This document shows positions 41,764 to 53,716 of a stretch of 64,000 bases of DNA, piece by piece (within the stretch, counting starts at the first letter, position 1; each line of letters starts with the position of its first letter). Position numbers and translations under genes: made by a program. Origin of the DNA: Escherichia coli (GTDB taxonomy: Bacteria; Pseudomonadota; Gammaproteobacteria; Enterobacterales; Enterobacteriaceae); the NCBI RefSeq assembly GCF_003018255.1, contig NZ_CP027440.1; one strand, given 5' to 3'. Below the pieces are notes generated by a model, which had not been told where the DNA came from, did no database searches, and saw only the letters and a program-made list of their open reading frames with translations.

Positions 41764-43389
41764 TTATTTGCTAACGTCCACCCGCATTTCATTTACCTGT
41801 GCAGGCGTAATCTTGTGGCCTTTCTTCAAATAATCGATCACGACATCGGACATGTTATTTCCGGCGCGGACCTGAACATTTTTCCCTTCTTTGAATGCCA
41901 GAAAACCATCGCCCCCCAGTGCAAGGAAAGTCGTTGTTGCAACATGGTAAATATTCGTATCAACGATCTCTTCACCATTAATTTTAAAAGATACTATGCG
42001 CTGACCTACTGGTTTCTTCGGGGTATAGCGCATTTCTGCGCCTTTTGACATTTGCAGGATGCCATTGGTAAGCGATGCCCCGTGTTCCAGTAGGTTACGC
42101 AGATCCTTACCGCTGAGATCCATTTCAGTAAGTTCATTCTTGAAGGGGAATGTACTGGTAATGTCGCCAAAGGTAATCGTGCCTGCATTTATATCCGCAC
42201 GTAAGCTGCCGGAGTTTATCAATGCAATCTGTGCAGTCGGTGCAGCGACAAGCATTGCATCGGTAAACAGGTTGCCAAGTTGCGATGACTCACCGTAGGC
42301 ACGAGTTAATGCAATCGATGATTCACCGACTGGTTGGCGTACAAGATCCGCCAGTTTTTTATTCCAGCCATTGATAACTTTTTGTGTGGTTGGATCAGGT
42401 ATCCATTCATCGGCATAAACCGTTTTCAGCTCAAAGCTCTTCACTTTATGAGTACGAGCTGTAGGGTTGACATCAAGGATTAATTTACCAATATCGATAC
42501 CGCCACTGTCAGTCGAAAGGATTAAGGTGTTGCCGACTTTGATTGGTTCTGGCGTTCCGACGTGGGCATGCCCGGTAATCAGAATATCCAATCCTTTCAC
42601 CTTGCTTGCGGTTTGAATATCTTTATCAAGAGCGCGTCTAACATCTGTATTGCCAATGCTGGACTGACGCGCCGGTACGCCTTCATGAACCAGCGCCACG
42701 GTGAGGTCAACCTTATCACGTAACTCATCGATATAATGCTGCAAATACTTCACTTCATCACGTGCTTCAATCCCCTGATTCTTGAGGGTCGCGGAAGATT
42801 TATCAAATCGGTTATTATTGTCATTATCGAGTCCCTGGAGAGAGAGCTCCGAGACCGTGTCATTAAATGCAAATACGCCGTGTAGCCCAACAATACCAAT
42901 CTTGATGCCATCTTTTTCCAGGATGGTGTAGGGCTTGTTCCAGAAGGGTTTCTCACTCTCTTTATGATAAACATTGGCTAATAAAACAGGGAAATTCGCT
43001 TTGCTTAATTGTCGGAGGGCATTATCCCAGCCATGGTCAAACTCATGATTACCGATTGATACTGCGTCAAAAGGCATGGTATTCATAATATCAATTATTG
43101 CTTCGCCCTTTGTCAGGCTACTGATATATGGCCCGGTGAAATAGTCTCCAGCATCAAAATAAAAGGTGGCTTTATTTTTGGCTTTCTCTTGTTTTACTAA
43201 CGTGGATATATTGGCAAAGCCACCAATGTCGCGTTTTCCGTCTGCGACATACGGTACTTTATAGGAATCCACATGAGCGTGAAGATCATTGGTATAAATA
43301 ATCGTGACATCCTGCGCCATAACTGAGGTCGAAAAAATAGTCAGCAATGTTGCGGCAAATAAAGTACGCTGCGCTGTTTTCATTCGCAT
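41764..43389 (-). CDS. UshA/CpdB-family periplasmic metallophosphoesterase / 5'-nucleotidase, paralog A
   Basis: 541 aa; signal peptide ending VMA|QD; calcineurin-like motifs [27 protein letters not shown]; C-terminal 5'-nucleotidase-type region with GGDGF; alternative ATG at 43383. Confidence 0.85.
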   Translation of the reverse strand: MRMKTAQRTLFAATLLTIFSTSVMAQDVTIIYTNDLHAHVDSYKVPYVADGKRDIGGFANISTLVKQEKAKNKATFYFDAGDYFTGPYISSLTKGEAIIDIMNTMPFDAVSIGNHEFDHGWDNALRQLSKANFPVLLANVYHKESEKPFWNKPYTILEKDGIKIGIVGLHGVFAFNDTVSELSLQGLDNDNNNRFDKSSATLKNQGIEARDEVKYLQHYIDELRDKVDLTVALVHEGVPARQSSIGNTDVRRALDKDIQTASKVKGLDILITGHAHVGTPEPIKVGNTLILSTDSGGIDIGKLILDVNPTARTHKVKSFELKTVYADEWIPDPTTQKVINGWNKKLADLVRQPVGESSIALTRAYGESSQLGNLFTDAMLVAAPTAQIALINSGSLRADINAGTITFGDITSTFPFKNELTEMDLSGKDLRNLLEHGASLTNGILQMSKGAEMRYTPKKPVGQRIVSFKINGEEIVDTNIYHVATTTFLALGGDGFLAFKEGKNVQVRAGNNMSDVVIDYLKKGHKITPAQVNEMRVDVSK

Positions 43390-43423
43390 TCCTTGTTAAA
43401 TAAATTGACTGATAAATGAGATT

Positions 43424-44977
43424 TTATTTGGCGACGTCCATGACTCGTTTAGTTAAGTCTGGGGTGACAGGTTTATGATTTTTGAAATAATCGATGATAG
43501 ATTCCGCCGAGGTTGTTCCCGGTATCGTCTTCACATTTTTTCCATTCAAAAATGCTTCAAAACCGTCACCACCACTGGCACAAAAGGAGTGCGTGGCAAT
43601 ACGATATGTTTGATTATCTTCCACGGGTTTGCCGTTAATGGTGAAAGAGATTAACCGTTGGTTGAGGGGTTTTTTGCTGTCATAGACAACCGCAACACTT
43701 TTAGAAACTTGTAACACACCGTTAGTTAGATTGGTTGCATGCGTCATCAATGATTTGAGATCGCGGCCCGTCAAATCCATCTCGATGAGGTCATTATTAA
43801 AGGGGAATGTGCTAATAACATCTCCCAGTGTGATATCGCCTTTAGGAAAATCAGCTCGAATCCCACCGCTATTTTGAAATCCGGCAACGGCATCAGGTGT
43901 TTTTTCCATCATTGCATCAAGAATAAGGTTGCCGGTAGAAGAGGAACTACCATACTCACGTGTTAAAACTACGGGAGAATGGCCGACAACTTCCTGTGTT
44001 ATTTTGTTAAGCTTTGCACTCCATTTATCAATAGTATTTTGAACGATGGTGTCAGGTTTAAATTGATCTGCAAAGATGGTGATTAACTCACCATTATAAC
44101 TGTCAATTTTCTTCGTTTTCGGATTGTAATCAAGCACAAGTTTTCCGATGTTGGTGCCGTATGCATCGGTAGATACAATTAATGTGTTATTAACTTTTAT
44201 TGGTTGCGGTGTTCCGACATGTGCGTGACCGGTAATTAAGACATCAACACCATTCACTTTTTTAGCTGTCTCAATATCTGCCTGTAGTAGCCGCTCCACA
44301 TCTTTACTACCAAAGCTTGATTGACGCGCCGGGACACCTTCGTGAATTAGCAAAACGGTAATGTCGACTTTACCTTTTAATTCTGCAAGTGCTTTATTTA
44401 AATATTTAATTTCGTCTCTGGCTTCTACGCCTTCACGTGCTTTTGCCGCGACTGTATCATAGAAAGCGAATGCGCCATGCAATCCAATCACACCAATCTT
44501 TAAACCATCTTTTTCGATAATGGTCCACGGATGATCCCAAACTGGTTTATTCGTATCGGTGTAGTAGATATTTCCCAGCAGAATGGGGAATTTTGCTTTT
44601 GATAACTGAGACACCATATTGGGCACACCGTGATCGAACTCGTGATTACCAACAGACACCGCATCAAAGGGCATAGTGTTCATGATATCAATAATAGCCT
44701 CACCTTTGGTCAGGGTGCTGATATACGGCCCGGTAAAATAGTCGCCTGCATCAAAGAAAAACACATCTTTGCTTTTTTTCTTCGCTTCATTAACGATGCC
44801 TGAAATATTAGCCATACCACCTATAAGTCTGTTCTTATCAACAGCGATGATTTTTGCTGGATTGACATGTGCGTGAATGTCATTCGTATAATAAATAGTA
44901 ACGTCCTGAGCTAGAACACTGTGAGAAAATATCACGCCGAATATGACTGATAATGTTGTAAATACAGTTTTCATCAT
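43424..44977 (-). CDS. UshA/CpdB-family periplasmic metallophosphoesterase / 5'-nucleotidase, paralog B
   Basis: 517 aa; signal peptide ending VLA|QD; same motif set (YTNDIHAH, FDAGDYF, GNHEFD, ITGHAH, GGDGF); 34-bp gap to paralog A suggests co-transcription. Confidence 0.85.
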   Translation of the reverse strand: MMKTVFTTLSVIFGVIFSHSVLAQDVTIYYTNDIHAHVNPAKIIAVDKNRLIGGMANISGIVNEAKKKSKDVFFFDAGDYFTGPYISTLTKGEAIIDIMNTMPFDAVSVGNHEFDHGVPNMVSQLSKAKFPILLGNIYYTDTNKPVWDHPWTIIEKDGLKIGVIGLHGAFAFYDTVAAKAREGVEARDEIKYLNKALAELKGKVDITVLLIHEGVPARQSSFGSKDVERLLQADIETAKKVNGVDVLITGHAHVGTPQPIKVNNTLIVSTDAYGTNIGKLVLDYNPKTKKIDSYNGELITIFADQFKPDTIVQNTIDKWSAKLNKITQEVVGHSPVVLTREYGSSSSTGNLILDAMMEKTPDAVAGFQNSGGIRADFPKGDITLGDVISTFPFNNDLIEMDLTGRDLKSLMTHATNLTNGVLQVSKSVAVVYDSKKPLNQRLISFTINGKPVEDNQTYRIATHSFCASGGDGFEAFLNGKNVKTIPGTTSAESIIDYFKNHKPVTPDLTKRVMDVAK

Positions 44978-45206
44978 CCCTCCTGGATAGGGTGTGTTAC
45001 ATTTGTTGAATTATTTAAATAAAAGACACATCGTGTCTTATTTTATGTAAGCATAGTTCAGAAAAGTATTGTGTGATCTTAGTAACAAATAATGTTATTA
45101 ATTAAACATTGACCATGATTATATTTCACGGTCATACATTTATATATTTAATTAAATGAAAGGTAGTGTTCTCTCTTAATTTATGGTCGTTTGTCGAGTG
45201 TATTGA

Positions 45207-46331
45207 CTAACAAGATGGAGTGAGCGATTCATTGTATTTTAACGCCAGTGAGGTCAGCATTTGTGTTACGCGACCTGCGGATAATAACGCGCTTTGGGTA
45301 AAGTCGTGTTGGTCTGTCAGCCATGTGATAAAACAACGACTGGTTGCCAGAGAAACATTTGCGCCCCTTTCTAAGCAGGCTCCCGTGAGTAGGCAGACCA
45401 TCTTGCAGTTATTCCCCTGCTCCCAGCGCTGCCACTGATTTTGCCACCAACCATGGTATGTCGTTCCCTTAAAATGCCAGGGCGTATCAGCGTTACTGTC
45501 ACTGATTTCTTCTTCTACGAACCAAAGTTCACCTTGTTGTTGGCGGAACTGATCTGCCCAGGCTGTAATAATTGCGCCTCTTAGAAAACATTCGTGTGAA
45601 ATAATATGCGTTTTGACATCTGGATAGCGGATTTTCAGTATTCTGAAATGCCCGTGTGCCGTGATAACCGGGCGTAGTATGGCTCCCTTACCGTTGCGCT
45701 TGAGTACAGCACTGCCATACTGAATTTCATCGAACTGGCTCCGGCGCAAGAATTGCGCTTCACGCATATCTACCTTCTGCACGATATCGCGATGGTGCAT
45801 AGTTGGTTCTGTGTTGCCCTTGTAACTGTACCGCAGACTGTCTCCTGTCTGATGTTGCGTATAATTCGTGGAGAGATGAAGAATGTTGCCACGAGTGGCG
45901 TCAAGACTGACTAAAACATACAGTTTTTGTACTGCGCTGGCCCCTTGAAAGGGTATGAACAGTTGAACGGTTTCAATGGCCTGGGGATGCGTAATTTCTT
46001 TCTGATACTGTTTAGGCGTCCAGACTTTTTTGCAGTTACGGCATTGAATGCGTTGCGAACCCTGTGGATTGTGACCATAACAAATCATGTCTGTGCCATA
46101 ACATACCGGGCAGAAATGACCCTTCTCCGAGGCCCACGTAGATAAGTGAACTGACAACCAGTCACGAAATTGTTGCTCGTCAAACAACGGCGGGTAACTG
46201 CCACATGCCCGACAGTGCAGTGCCGGATAACCCAGTTTATAGTCTGGCCAACTGTAATCTTCCGATGAGGCCAATCCCAAATTTCGGCAACCGAACGTTT
46301 TACAGGCATTAATCGTAAACAGAGTCGACAT
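45207..46331 (-). CDS. cysteine-rich cytoplasmic protein with transposase-type zinc ribbon (possible IS1/IS1595-like transposase relic or regulator)
   Basis: 374-aa ORF with no signal peptide; Cys pairs at C10/C15 and C40/C43, then CPVCYG...GSQRIQCRNCKKVWTP resembling the CPxC...QRYxCxxCxKxW zinc ribbon of IS1 InsA / IS1595 transposases; assignment is by motif only. Confidence 0.55.
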   Translation of the reverse strand: MSTLFTINACKTFGCRNLGLASSEDYSWPDYKLGYPALHCRACGSYPPLFDEQQFRDWLSVHLSTWASEKGHFCPVCYGTDMICYGHNPQGSQRIQCRNCKKVWTPKQYQKEITHPQAIETVQLFIPFQGASAVQKLYVLVSLDATRGNILHLSTNYTQHQTGDSLRYSYKGNTEPTMHHRDIVQKVDMREAQFLRRSQFDEIQYGSAVLKRNGKGAILRPVITAHGHFRILKIRYPDVKTHIISHECFLRGAIITAWADQFRQQQGELWFVEEEISDSNADTPWHFKGTTYHGWWQNQWQRWEQGNNCKMVCLLTGACLERGANVSLATSRCFITWLTDQHDFTQSALLSAGRVTQMLTSLALKYNESLTPSC

Positions 46332-46463
46332 ATATCACCAACGATTTCACAAGGTCGTTGATTTTGTCCGGCAACTATCCCCTGCAGATGTGATTACTCT
46401 CACATAAATAAGTCTTTCAGAACGTAATGTAGCAATCCTTTATCTCACTGAAAGGGATTGTTT

Positions 46464-48017
46464 ATGAAAATTAAAATACTTGCTGCGGGTATCGCATTAA
46501 CACTGCCGTTCTGGGCTTGCGCTAAAGATGTCACTATTATTTATACCAACGACCTCCATGCGCATGTAGAACCTTATAAAGTGCCGTGGATCGCTGACGG
46601 TAAACGGGATATTGGCGGCTGGGCAAATATCACTACGCTGGTTAAGCAAGAAAAAGCAAAAAATAAAGCGACATGGTTTTTTGATGCGGGCGACTATTTT
46701 ACCGGGCCATATATCAGCAGCCTGACCAAAGGTAAGGCTATTATCGATATTATGAATACTATGCCGTTTGATGCCGTCACGATAGGCAACCATGAATTTG
46801 ACCACGGCTGGGACAACACATTATTACAGTTGAGTCAGGCAAAATTCCCGATTGTGCAGGGCAATGTTTTTTATCAGAACAGCAGTAAATCATTCTGGGA
46901 TAAGCCCTATACCATCATCGAAAAAGACGGTGTGAAAATAGGCGTTATAGGTTTGCACGGTGTATTTGCCTTTAATGACACAGTATCTGCTGCCACGCGA
47001 GTGGGTATTGAGGCGCGTGATGAAATTAAATGGCTACAACGTTATATCGATGAACTTAAAGGCAAGGTTGATTTGACCGTCGCCCTGATCCATGAAGGTG
47101 TTCCGGCCCGCCAGTCCAGTATGGGAGGCACAGATGTGCGTCGCGCGCTGGATAAAGATATTCAGACGGCAAGTCAGGTGAAAGGGCTGGATATTTTGAT
47201 CACCGGACATGCACATGTGGGTACGCCGGAACCGATTAAAGTCGGCAATACGCTCATCCTCTCCACTGACAGCGGCGGGATTGATGTGGGCAAACTGGTT
47301 CTCGACTACAAAGAGAAGCCGCATAATTTTACGGTGAAAAACTTCGAGCTTAAAACCATTTACGCTGACGAGTGGAAGCCCGATCCACAAACGAAACAGG
47401 TGATCGACGGCTGGAATAAAAAGCTTGATGAAGTGGTGCAACAAACGGTGGCGCAATCGCCGGTTGAATTAAAACGTGCCTATGGTGAATCGGCTTCCCT
47501 CGGGAACCTGGCGGCTGACGCTTTACTGGTAGCGGCGGGTAAAAACACCCAATTGGCGTTAACCAACTCTGGCGGCATTCGCAATGAGATCCCCGCAGGG
47601 GCGATCACGATGGGCGGCGTCATCAGTACGTTCCCGTTCCCCAACGAACTGGTGACGATGGAACTCACGGGTAAACAATTACGCAGTCTGATGGAACACG
47701 GCGCAAGTTTAAGCAATGGCGTTTTACAGGTATCGAAAGGCCTGGAAATGAAGTACGACAGCAGCAAGCCGGTTGGTCAGCGGGTAATCACACTGACTCT
47801 GAATGGCAAACCCATTGAAGATGCGACGGTTTATCACATTGCTACTCAGAGTTTCCTTGCTGATGGTGGAGATGGTTTTACCGCCTTTACCGAAGGGAAA
47901 GCGCGTAACACAACGGGCGGTTATTACGTTTATCACGCGGTGGTTGATTACTTCAAAGCGGGCAACACCATTACGGATGAACAGCTCAACGGTATGCGCG
48001 TGAAGGATATCAAATAA
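46464..48017 (+). CDS. UshA/CpdB-family periplasmic metallophosphoesterase / 5'-nucleotidase, paralog C
   Basis: 517 aa from the ATG at 46464 (RBS aaggga; the ORF-track ORF starts at a TTG at 46458); signal peptide ending ACA|KD; motifs [32 protein letters not shown]; closest by eye to paralog A. Confidence 0.85.
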   Translation: MKIKILAAGIALTLPFWACAKDVTIIYTNDLHAHVEPYKVPWIADGKRDIGGWANITTLVKQEKAKNKATWFFDAGDYFTGPYISSLTKGKAIIDIMNTMPFDAVTIGNHEFDHGWDNTLLQLSQAKFPIVQGNVFYQNSSKSFWDKPYTIIEKDGVKIGVIGLHGVFAFNDTVSAATRVGIEARDEIKWLQRYIDELKGKVDLTVALIHEGVPARQSSMGGTDVRRALDKDIQTASQVKGLDILITGHAHVGTPEPIKVGNTLILSTDSGGIDVGKLVLDYKEKPHNFTVKNFELKTIYADEWKPDPQTKQVIDGWNKKLDEVVQQTVAQSPVELKRAYGESASLGNLAADALLVAAGKNTQLALTNSGGIRNEIPAGAITMGGVISTFPFPNELVTMELTGKQLRSLMEHGASLSNGVLQVSKGLEMKYDSSKPVGQRVITLTLNGKPIEDATVYHIATQSFLADGGDGFTAFTEGKARNTTGGYYVYHAVVDYFKAGNTITDEQLNGMRVKDIK

Positions 48018-48073
48018 AAGTGCGCACTGAATTGACTCAACTGTTTGTTACCCGTTGATTGCGCAGATCCTGT

Positions 48074-48103
48074 ATTCGGCCTACGCGAGGGCGCAGGCCG
48101 AAT
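48074..48103 (+). terminator. stem-loop downstream of paralog C (possible terminator)
   Basis: attcggcct-N12-aggccgaat 9-bp inverted repeat; no strong T-run, so weak. Confidence 0.35.
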
Positions 48104-48326
48104 CAGATGCCTTAGCATCACCATCCGGTGGCAGGACGTTGTTTTTCGAATTAGCCCAGGTGTCGCTGTGTTGTCAGAATATGAGTCAAAACGTGCGAGG
48201 TGGATTGTGCTATAGAGAAATCTTTTATCGCCTCTAATTAAGATGAGTTTTTTTCATCTTCCCTGATTTTTCCTCACCATCATTGGTTATTTTTCGGTTG
48301 ACGCCCTTCGGCTTTTCCTTCATCTT

Positions 48327-48358
48327 TACATCTGGACGTCTAAACGGATAGATGTGCA
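48327..48358. promoter_or_regulatory. met boxes (MetJ operator) of the metF promoter
   Basis: acatctggacgtctaaacggatagatgtgcac contains repeated AGACGTCT-like octamers just upstream of metF. Confidence 0.6.
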
Positions 48359-48395
48359 CAACACAACATATAACGATAAGCGATTGATGAGGTAA

Positions 48396-49289
<894 letters not shown>

Positions 49290-49469
49290 ATAGTGTGCCT
49301 TTTGTGAAAATTACACAGTGATCACAAATTTTAAACAGAGCACAAAATGCTGCCTCGAAATGAGGGCGGGAAAATAAGGTTATCAGCCTTGTTTTCTCCC
49401 TCATTACTTGAAGGATACAAATCTAAAACCCTTTTTTATAAAGCATTTGTCCTAAATCGGACATAATCA

Positions 49470-49560
49470 AAAAGTCTTAATTACGATCAATTTGATCTAC
49501 ATCTCTTTAACCAACAATATGTAAGATCTCAACTATCGCATCCGTGGATTAATTCAATTA
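49470..49560. promoter_or_regulatory. katG promoter region (expected OxyR-binding region)
   Basis: AT-rich region upstream of katG; OxyR activation of katG is established knowledge, but the exact site was not resolved from sequence. Confidence 0.4.
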
Positions 49561-49563
49561 TAA

Positions 49564-51798
<2,235 letters not shown>

Positions 51799-51891
51799 TC
51801 TGACCTTCTTCAGCGACTGCCTTTCATGCAGTCGCTGAAGTTTCTTTACCGGCGTATAGTGTCCACAGGAAAACTACACACTGGATCTCTC

Positions 51892-52797
51892 ATGTCTGCC
51901 GCAGGAAAGAGCAACCCACTGGCAATCAGTGGCCTGGTTGTGCTCACACTTATCTGGAGTTATAGCTGGATTTTCATGAAGCAAGTCACCAGCTACATCG
52001 GTGCCTTCGACTTTACCGCCTTACGCTGCATTTTCGGCGCTCTCGTTTTATTCATCGTCCTTTTATTACGTGGTCGCGGAATGCGCCCGACACCGTTTAA
52101 ATACACCTTAGCCATTGCCCTGTTACAAACCTGCGGGATGGTCGGCCTGGCGCAGTGGGCGCTGGTCAGCGGAGGAGCGGGGAAGGTGGCAATCCTGAGC
52201 TATACCATGCCGTTCTGGGTGGTAATTTTCGCCGCGTTGTTTCTCGGTGAACGCCTGCGACGCGGACAATATTTCGCGATTCTGATTGCCGCTTTCGGCT
52301 TATTTTTGGTGTTGCAGCCGTGGCAACTCGATTTCTCTTCGATGAAAAGCGCCATGCTGGCAATCCTCTCCGGTGTGAGTTGGGGGGCGAGCGCGATTGT
52401 TGCTAAACGTCTGTATGCCCGCCATCCGCGCGTGGATTTATTGTCGCTAACATCCTGGCAGATGCTGTATGCGGCGCTGGTGATGAGCGTGGTCGCTTTA
52501 CTGGTGCCGCAACGTGAAATTGACTGGCAATCCACCGTGTTCTGGGCGCTGGCCTACAGTGCGATTCTGGCGACAGCGCTGGCGTGGAGCTTATGGTTGT
52601 TTGTATTGAAAAACTTGCCTGCCAGTATTGCCAGCTTAAGCACACTGGCCGTTCCCGTTTGCGGCGTACTCTTTTCCTGGTGGCTGCTCGGTGAGAATCC
52701 GGGGGCAGTTGAAGGTAGCGGTATTGTGCTGATTGTACTGGCACTGGCGCTGGTGAGCCGTAAGAAAAAAGAAGCCGTCAGTGTAAAAAGGATCTGA
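51892..52797 (+). CDS. yijE: EamA/DMT-family transporter YijE
   Basis: Translation [32 protein letters not shown], 301 aa, polytopic. Confidence 0.9.
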   Translation: MSAAGKSNPLAISGLVVLTLIWSYSWIFMKQVTSYIGAFDFTALRCIFGALVLFIVLLLRGRGMRPTPFKYTLAIALLQTCGMVGLAQWALVSGGAGKVAILSYTMPFWVVIFAALFLGERLRRGQYFAILIAAFGLFLVLQPWQLDFSSMKSAMLAILSGVSWGASAIVAKRLYARHPRVDLLSLTSWQMLYAALVMSVVALLVPQREIDWQSTVFWALAYSAILATALAWSLWLFVLKNLPASIASLSTLAVPVCGVLFSWWLLGENPGAVEGSGIVLIVLALALVSRKKKEAVSVKRI

Positions 52798-52823
52798 ATT
52801 TTTTCTTCATGTGGGGAGATCTC

Positions 52824-53441
52824 TTATTTAGCAAAATACCGATAGTGCCCCACCATCCGCCAGCTAAACAGTACATCTTCTTCCTGCGCGCCTGCGCCAA
52901 TGTTATGTATCACCAGCGGCGTACCGTCGCGGGCGAAGCCATCTGACACCACCCCAATATGTGCCAGCCCGTTATCTAATCGCCAGGAGACAATATCGCC
53001 CGCTTGATAGTCACTGGGGTTCTTGCTGGTGGGGCGTGTTTTATCGTGGCGGGTAAACCAGGTTTCCAGATTAGGCACCCGGCGGTGATCGATGTTGCTG
53101 TCCGGGCGCTTTAACTGCCATTTTTGCGGGTACGCAGCAAAATTCTTCGCCATATCTTCGTGCACCAGTTTCTGCAAATCGACCTTCTGGCTGCGCAATG
53201 CACGGATCACCACATCGGAACATACGCCGCGTTCTTGCGGGACATCACCGCCAGGATAGGTAAGCTGCACATACGCCGGATCGTAAAATAGCGTGCTGCC
53301 GATTTGCTGTCTGGCGCCGTCTGCGATGGCAAGATTGGTGTTGGCCTGGATTTGTACCACGGTTGGTGGAACGGCGGGAGATTTTAAGGAGTAACTGGTA
53401 AATACCGTCAGAAGACTGAATAACGCCAGTGAAGCTTTCAT
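52824..53441 (-). CDS. yijF: DUF1287 periplasmic protein YijF
   Basis: 205 aa with signal peptide MKASLALFSLLTVFTSYSLK; synteny. Confidence 0.88.
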   Translation of the reverse strand: MKASLALFSLLTVFTSYSLKSPAVPPTVVQIQANTNLAIADGARQQIGSTLFYDPAYVQLTYPGGDVPQERGVCSDVVIRALRSQKVDLQKLVHEDMAKNFAAYPQKWQLKRPDSNIDHRRVPNLETWFTRHDKTRPTSKNPSDYQAGDIVSWRLDNGLAHIGVVSDGFARDGTPLVIHNIGAGAQEEDVLFSWRMVGHYRYFAK

Positions 53442-53572
53442 CTGTTTCGTCCGTGAAAATAAGAGTCACAGATTCGACCTTCCGGGCTAACGATTGTTCT
53501 GTGGAGAAAATGTCCAGAAGCGGATAAAAAAACACCCGAACAAGGTGGAAGTTTCAGATTACTGGCACAGCG

Positions 53573-53672
53573 TGCCGGATGCGGCGTGAACGCCTTATCC
53601 GGCCTACAAAAGTACGTAAATTTACTATATTGCAGAGATTGCGTAGGCCTGATAAGCGTAGCGCATCAGGCA
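53573..53672. repeat. REP/BIME cluster (two REP units)
   Basis: tgccggatgcggcgtgaacgccttatccggcctaca and cgtaggcctgataagcgtagcgcatcaggca between yijF and gldA. Confidence 0.8.
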
Positions 53673-53683
53673 ATTTTGCGTTC

Positions 53684-53708
53684 AAACTCCCGGACAAGCC
53701 GGGAGTTT
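53684..53708 (-). terminator. intrinsic terminator after gldA
   Basis: aaactcccgg-acaa-gccgggagttt hairpin immediately past the gldA stop. Confidence 0.6.
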
Positions 53709-53716
53709 GGAGTAGG

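Noticed and set aside
44978-46457. Possible terminal inverted repeats flanking the zinc-ribbon gene (ctcttaatttatgg near 45170 versus cttatttatgtgag near 46400, in inverted orientation)
   Set aside because: Only about a 10-of-11 match with an indel, in AT-rich DNA where chance matches are common. This is not enough to call an IS element.
48055-48237. 60-aa ORF in the right flank of the block, and the 72-aa ORF at 45220-45438 antisense to the zinc-ribbon gene
   Set aside because: No convincing RBS. One overlaps a predicted stem-loop and the other is antisense to a longer ORF. There is no compositional support for coding.
49330-49400. Inverted repeat (aatgaggg...ccctcatt) downstream of metF considered as a novel structured RNA
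   Set aside because: Most simply explained as the metF transcription terminator region upstream of the katG promoter. The loop is long and there is no further support.
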